This document shows positions 60,803-64,000 of a stretch of 64,000 nucleotides of DNA, piece after piece. The translations under genes were made by a program, and so were the position numbers. The DNA is taken from positions 6,424 through 70,423 of the forward strand of contig JABMNI010000021.1 of the NCBI GenBank assembly GCA_013204605.1. The letters run 5' to 3'. The notes beneath the pieces were generated by a model that was given only the letters and a program-made list of their open reading frames with translations, made no database searches and was not told where the DNA came from. Numbering within the stretch: the stretch's first letter is position 1; every line of letters begins with the position of its first letter. Origin of the DNA: Ignavibacteria bacterium (GTDB lineage: Bacteria > Bacteroidota > Ignavibacteria > Kapaibacteriales > Kapaibacteriaceae).

Positions 60803-63073
60803 TCAACTTGCCGGTTTAATCTTTCCCTTCAGGAGCAACATAAGGAGCGGCACAACACCGCCAAGGACAAACAATACGCCGCCAATTGCCCGCATCCAAC
60901 TGAAAGTTTGAAACTGGACTGAGGCTACAAATACTTCGCTGCGTGCCGACCACAATCCATTTGACAGTACTTCAACCAGTTGAGTCAATCCCAGTGGTAG
61001 AAGGTCGAGAACTATCATAAGCGCCAATCCAATATTAATCGACCAAAATGACATGCGAATTGACCGCACGTTCCATCGTTCTGGAAGTACTAAATATCGA
61101 GTACAGAACAGAATGGCTGCAATAGCAAGGTTTCCGTACACACCCATTAGAGCTGCATGACCGTGGTTTACCGTTAGGTAGGTACCGTGTTCGTAATAAT
61201 TCACGATGGGCAGATTGATAATGGAACCAAGGACACCAGCACCCATAAAATTCCAAAAATTCACTGCTAATAGAAACTGAAAGCATTCTGTGTGCGCAAA
61301 AACGAATGGAACGTTTGACAGCTGTTGTTGCTTTCGCATTGCAACTAGTGGTTCACTTCTCGTCCTCCAAGCTTCTAACGTTAATAACATAAGTGGTACC
61401 GTTTGAAGCGTAGAGAACACGCTACCCAACGCAAGCGTAATTTCTGGTTTTGCATTCCAATAAAAATTATGGGCTACACCAATCATTCCTGAGCCAAGAA
61501 AAAGAATAGCGCTGATGTACACTACTCTAACAGCCGAGGCCTTGGAACTTAGTCCCATTAATACCATAAAACTCGCTACCAAGATGGTAGTAAACACTTC
61601 GAAGAAGGCTTCAACCCACATGTGAATGGTCATCCAGCGCCAAAAGTCAGCAATGACAAAATTTGTTTTAGGTGTTGCCACAAAACTGGCAATGAACAGA
61701 ATCAACACGCATAGGATTGCATAGAACAGCCAAACTGGAAGTGACCATTTATGGCCACTCCGAAGTGACGGTTGAGCCCCTTTCCACATAATGTACGCCC
61801 ACATGGCAAAGCAAGCAAACAGCACTACTTGCCAGGCTTTACCGAGTTCGACGAACTCCCAACCTTGGTTGCCAAGTAGGTACCAAAGGGTGCCAAGCAG
61901 ACCCATAGGACCCATGTATTCGCCTACCAGGCTGCCTGCAGCAAGCACTACTAAAACCCAAAACAACACATTTGTCCGCCAAAGCTGTTTGTTGCTTTGT
62001 TCGCCTGCAATCAAGGGTAACACAAATATCGAAGCGCCAATCCAACACAAGGTGATCCAAAACAACGCGAGTTGTAAATGCCACGATCTGACGACGGTGA
62101 TTGGAAGTGAGTTGGAAATATCAACGCCGAAAAATGTGGTAAATCCAAGAAAATCATGAATTGTCAGGGCACCAGCCAAACACTGCAACAGAAAAAGAAT
62201 TAAGGCTACCGTGAAGTATTTGTACGTTGATCGTTGAAGTTTGGAGGGCACGAGTTGACCCAACATTTTTTCGGATAGGAGCGGGCTTGATTCTTCTGAT
62301 CCACTAAGCCCCATTACCTTGTCGAACCTACCGTACATATACATCACCCCGCCTAAACCCAATACAAACGCTAGCACGCCAATCATGCTCCAAAACAGCG
62401 TTGGGCCGGTGGCCACGTTGCCTGCTACTTCATCGTACGGCCAGTTATGCGTGTATGAGTACGTAGCACCCGGACGCACTGCAGAGCACGTCCACGCACC
62501 CCAAACGAAAAATGCGGTCAGCTGCCGAATTTCTGCAGGGTTGGTTATGTAGCCGGAGGGCTTGAACGACTCTGGAATGTTTCCTAGAAACTTTTCAAGA
62601 TAGAATTCGCGAACGGCCTGCAGTCCAACACTTTGCGCTTCAGTTAGCGTCACAGTGTTTGACTTTTCGTCGTAGCTGTTTTTTTCATGTCTGCCACACA
62701 AAGCGCCTGGGCGTATGCACTTTTCTGTTCCCACGAAAGCTTTTGTTGCGTAGTATCCGCTTGCCTACGGCCTATCTCCCGGTGGTAGTACTCTTTTACA
62801 CCTACTGACCATACGTGGAGCGCTTCGGCGGTAAAATCATTCCCTCTTCCTGCTCCATCACCAAACATTGAACCGTAGTTCATCAACGCATACTTTTGAA
62901 ACACTCCTTGACCGTCTACAATTTCATCGTGTGTTACGGCGATGTCACCGTTCGGCAGCGAAAAATTGGGTCGTGGGGGCGCTTCTTGATATGTTTTCAC
63001 ACCAATAAACATCACACCAGTTAACCCAACCACAAATACCAACAGCAGCGGAATCCATCTGTTTTTTTTTCAT
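60803..63073 (-). pseudogene. norZ: Quinol-dependent nitric oxide reductase (qNOR, NorZ/NorB) broken by frameshifts at homopolymeric A tracts
   Basis: ORF 62650-63042 encodes the qNOR N-terminal periplasmic domain (GQGVFQKYALMNYGSMFGDGAGRGNDFTAEALH). ORF 60803-62734 encodes the 12-TM heme-copper core (SWHLQLALFW, HMWVEAFFEVF, HGHAALMG, HNFYWN). The frames switch at an A7 run (62679-62685); one extra A gives a continuous reading ...CVADMKKNSYDEKSNTVTLTEAQ.... An ATG at 63071-63073 followed by A9 is out of frame by one with the TM-helix N-terminus (MKKNRWIPLLLVFVVGL if A8). Confidence 0.65.
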
Positions 63074-63197
63074 AGGTACCACTCACGTGTTTTGAGATTT
63101 AATAAGAAGTAGATGCAATTTCGGTTATAGATGTCTTATATCCTAATAAAGTGCAGGTACGCACATCGAAAACACTCCACCTAACTGTCTACTTAAC

Positions 63198-63551
63198 TTA
63201 CTTTTTTGCAAAGCTCATAATAACCACCCCTATCATAATCACCGTCATTCCTAACCAAACATAGGGTCCGATACTTTCCTTTTGCACGAGGATTGCAAAC
63301 AACAATGTGAATACAAATGTCACTCCGGTGTTTAAAGGAACAAAAACCGCGAGACGGGCAAAAGAAAGTATAACGGCCATTACGGCGAACGATAACAGCA
63401 AGAGCGAAACGCCTAAAATTCCTTGCCATCCCGTTAAGCCTGTTGTAAAATCAGCAACGCTCAATGGCCTACCGTGCAACGCTAGAGTGAGAAATCCCAT
63501 ACCATTCACACCTAACGCCGACTGCAGAATGCAAAACAGAAACAGCTTCAC
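63198..63551 (-). CDS. Small four-TM membrane protein (DMT/EamA-like half-transporter?)
   Basis: 117 aa with four hydrophobic helices; weak resemblance to SMR/EamA small multidrug-resistance folds. Confidence 0.35.
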   Translation of the reverse strand: MKLFLFCILQSALGVNGMGFLTLALHGRPLSVADFTTGLTGWQGILGVSLLLLSFAVMAVILSFARLAVFVPLNTGVTFVFTLLFAILVQKESIGPYVWLGMTVIMIGVVIMSFAKK

Positions 63552-64000
63552 TAATGAGCCCCTTTCCCAACATTTTGTTTTTTAATCGTTTCCATGTACA
63601 GTCTAATTAAGTTCTCGTAGTCCTTTGTGTACCCCATTTTAACCCTGTCCATAAGCTCCTTTAGCCCACTGGAATTGTCGTCTTGCAAATTAAACTCGAG
63701 CGCATTAGGACTGATTCTGGGCGCATCAATCCCCGAGCTAGATTCGCGCGTTTTCTCATGATCACGTTCATTCATGCTGCGCGATGCATTTAACAGCCTA
63801 GATAGAATTCGCTCCTGACGCATTCTGGTCTCGGGAGTAATCGACCCAGTTTGCATATCACTTAAAACTTCCTTCATCTCTTCTGTTATATTTTTCAAAT
63901 CTCCAATTGGTTTTCTACTGCCGTCAACTTGTTTTTGTTCTTGTTCCAATTCCTGCATCGCTTTAAGAGCTTTACCCTGTTGCGACGCGAGTCTGCCCAT
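63551..64000 (-). CDS. Hypothetical charged/coiled-coil protein, possibly 5'-truncated by the window edge
   Basis: Open frame to the last base of the window (ATG exactly at 63998-64000 on the minus strand). K/E/Q-rich, no recognisable domain. Confidence 0.3.
   Translation of the reverse strand: MGRLASQQGKALKAMQELEQEQKQVDGSRKPIGDLKNITEEMKEVLSDMQTGSITPETRMRQERILSRLLNASRSMNERDHEKTRESSSGIDAPRISPNALEFNLQDDNSSGLKELMDRVKMGYTKDYENLIRLYMETIKKQNVGKGAH

Noticed and set aside
63998-64000. ATG at the very last three bases of the window as the true start of the terminal minus-strand ORF
   Set aside because: I cannot distinguish a real start from an internal Met because the upstream sequence is outside the window. 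The ORF is reported as possibly truncated.

Overview
This 64 kb window is a chromosomal, mostly housekeeping segment from what looks like an FCB-group bacterium (Bacteroidota/Ignavibacteriota-like). The lineage call rests on three things seen in the sequence: a C-terminal T9SS sorting domain on a giant secreted protein, the recurrent Bacteroidetes-type -7 promoter box TAnnTTTG (often as TATCTTTGTGG) 10-60 nt upstream of gene starts, and few Shine-Dalgarno sites. About 90% of the window is coding and gene order is compact.

Gene content in order:
- minus strand: yceD-rpmF-plsX-fabH-fabD-fabG-acpP-fabF-rnc; a TPR/PstS-like/tonB/exbD/exbD/exbB operon; a STAS-domain protein; prmC; carB; pyrB; hup; pgpA-pgsA-tpiA-lptC-like-kdsA.
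- plus strand: ftsK; uvrA; a peptidase-domain ABC exporter/HlyD/TolC module; etfBA; a bifunctional-nuclease-domain protein; tRNA-Met(CAT).
- minus strand: fadD with an upstream outer-membrane beta-barrel gene; gyrA; a 1898-aa C25 (gingipain-like) T9SS cargo protein; a membrane/coiled-coil hypothetical.
- then a Lat-like aminotransferase, nrnA, a PASTA protein translationally coupled to a SixA-like phosphatase, a Rieske/MBL/ParB-like overlapping trio, a ppiD-like chaperone, hpnC-hpnD, a NuoE-like ferredoxin, a tryptophanase/tyrosine phenol-lyase gene, a quinol-dependent NO reductase and a small DMT-like membrane protein.

There is no CRISPR array, no mobile element and no obvious defence island.

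Points that deserve a second look:
- The ABC exporter of the ABC/HlyD/TolC module is interrupted by an in-frame TAG inside its nucleotide-binding domain and has a degenerate C-loop.
- The qNOR gene is broken at two homopolymeric A tracts.
- A tightly overlapping ParB-like/MBL/Rieske operon has no known function.
- hpnC-hpnD is followed by a NuoE-type ferredoxin instead of hpnE.
- A palindromic -7 box is shared by the divergent nrnA and PASTA genes, and both would be leaderless.
- The gyrA leader encodes the conserved GyrA N-terminal motif but has no start codon in front of it.
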